From the human T2T-CHM13v2.0 reference genome, Homo sapiens, in NCBI RefSeq assembly GCF_009914755.1, contig NC_060938.1: a stretch of 64,000 nt of DNA. One strand, given 5' to 3'. The position numbers and the translations under genes were made by a program. Shown piece after piece: positions 62,010-64,000 of the stretch. Numbering within the stretch: the stretch's first letter is position 1; every line of letters begins with the position of its first letter. The notes beneath the pieces were generated by a model. The model was given only the letters and a program-made list of their open reading frames with translations. It searched no databases and had not been told where the DNA came from.

Positions 62010-62254
62010 TAATTCTAAGTGACTTTCACTTTAGTTATTATGTAATTGAACAAATATCTTAACCATACAAATAACATAACTGATCAGTTCTATCATGCAA
62101 ATTGTACTATCATTATTTTTTAAATTTTCTAATTTAAAAATATTTGATTAAGTCCAATTTATTCGATTTTTCTTCTATGGATCGTATTTTATGTTAAATC
62201 TAAGAAATCTTTGCTCAATTCAAGGTCATGAAGCTATTCTATGTTTTGTTTTAT

Positions 62255-62405
62255 TTTTTAATTTTTGAGACAGAGTCTCCTGTTACCCAGGCCAGAGTGC
62301 AGTGGCCATCATAGCTCACTGCAGCCTCGAACTCCTGGGCTCAAGTGATCCTCTTGCCTCAGCCTCTGAATAGTTAGGACTATAGATGCATGCCGCCACG
62401 CATGC
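62255..62405 (-). mobile_element. FLAM/AluJ-type monomer
   Basis: catagctcactgcagcctcgaactcctgggctcaagtgatcctc. Confidence 0.8.
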
Positions 62406-62711
62406 TCGTTGTTATTTTTTTGATGCCTGAAGTATAAATCAGAATACGTGTATTTAAAAGACCCACATTTTATCTCTAACTATTCTTTCATAAATCTGGG
62501 CTCCTTTCATATTTTTCTTAAATGACATGGAATTATACTAATTTAAAAATATTTCCCGTGTTACTGAGAAATTAATTTAATCAGCTGAAACTCAGTTTTA
62601 TCATTTACAAAGTAGGAATAGTAACTATTCATCTTATCTCCTGGAATTGTGATGAGAACGTAATGAGGTAATAAATGTTCTGGAAACTGTAAAATGCAAA
62701 CTATATGGTAT

Positions 62712-63160
62712 TATAGTCATCATACTCCCCTGAAAAACCCTTGAGATGGAGATTTGTATACAGACCATCTGTTTTGAAATGCTCTTAGTAATAGGTTTTG
62801 TGAGAGAATGAAGAGACCAAGATTGAGCAGAGGAAGAAATTGAACAGTGAGGCAGTTGCAACAAAGCTTTCAGCCAATTACAGGGGAGCACTGTATGGTC
62901 TTTAGAGTTGCACTGAAATGAGGTAAGGGAGCCAGACCTTTGTACCTCTGATCAGCTTGTCATTAGATGTGGGCTGCCATTGAGGAGGATGGGTACTGTT
63001 GGATTAAGCAGTTTCTGTGGGATTGTGGGTAGATAAAAATTCCTAGGGAAGGACTCAGCTGTGAACCCTCACTGGAAAACACTACCAGCAGCTGGGGGAA
63101 TGCGTGGCTGGGTCCTGAAGGGAGGATTTTGATGCTGTACCAGAGTATCCATCACAATGC
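62712..63160 (-). mobile_element. LTR33-like ERVL LTR, probably followed by ERVL internal sequence to the window end
   Basis: cttgagatggagatttgtatacag...agattgagcagaggaagaaattgaac...gcagttgcaacaaagctttcagcc. Confidence 0.65.
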
Positions 63161-63345
63161 ACTACTCAAATTATTTGATCTGTGTAAGTTTACCTCATCT
63201 GAGACCTGCTCCTGAATTCTAGTTGATCTCTTTTACTGAGGAAGTTTATAAAAGGAGGTTTAGGAGATGTACTATATCCCTTCCTGATGCGGCTGGTCTC
63301 AGGACTATGCCAAAAGTTATCCTTCTAGATTTAAAAAAATCTTCA

Positions 63346-63675
<330 letters not shown>

Positions 63676-64000
63676 AAATCTTCAGCTACCACCTTGACTG
63701 GTCAGCTGGCTTGTGTGGTGGAGTAATCCAGACCACCTCTGAGGTTCTTTTCTCAGAGAGTGGCTACTTCGCTTGCTCATTTTCTGACAAAATTAGGCAA
63801 GGGAGTACCAATAGGCATCCCAGTAGATTATTTGTATGCCGAATGTATTCTTCCTTGCCTCTATTCTGTAATTTCATCTTTCATGATCAGAGTAAGTTAC
63901 TCCTACCAGGATGGTGGCTCCTTTCTTTGCCTATAGATGTTTTGGCAAAAGAACCACAAATGACTGGGTTGCAGATGTAGCTTAAAATTTAGTGGAACTC

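Overview
This is AT-rich, repeat-dense primate (very likely human) genomic DNA. It is not microbial, and there are no rRNA, tRNA, CRISPR or intact protein-coding genes. Roughly half is recognisable interspersed repeat: two near-full-length but internally deleted L1PB elements, several older L1 pieces, about 10 Alus, MaLR/ERV1/ERVL LTRs, a rearranged class I ERV nested in an L1, Tigger and Charlie DNA transposons, and MIR/L2 fragments. The ORFs in the track are L1, Alu or ERV remnants, or chance frames. Most large L1s and LTRs are on the minus strand, which suggests a long intron of a + strand transcript; one good candidate 41-nt exon lies at 44362-44402. I found no convincing new biological system. 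The most unusual signals are structural scars: an ERV with an inverted pol segment, a ~0.9 kb inversion splitting a Tigger3, an inverted long-range copy of a Tigger2/Alu junction fused to an L1 tail, an L1 reduced to 5'UTR plus tail inside a TSD, templated-insertion junctions and old local duplications. Subfamily names come from recalled consensus sequences and boundaries were set by eye; both need RepeatMasker/Dfam confirmation.
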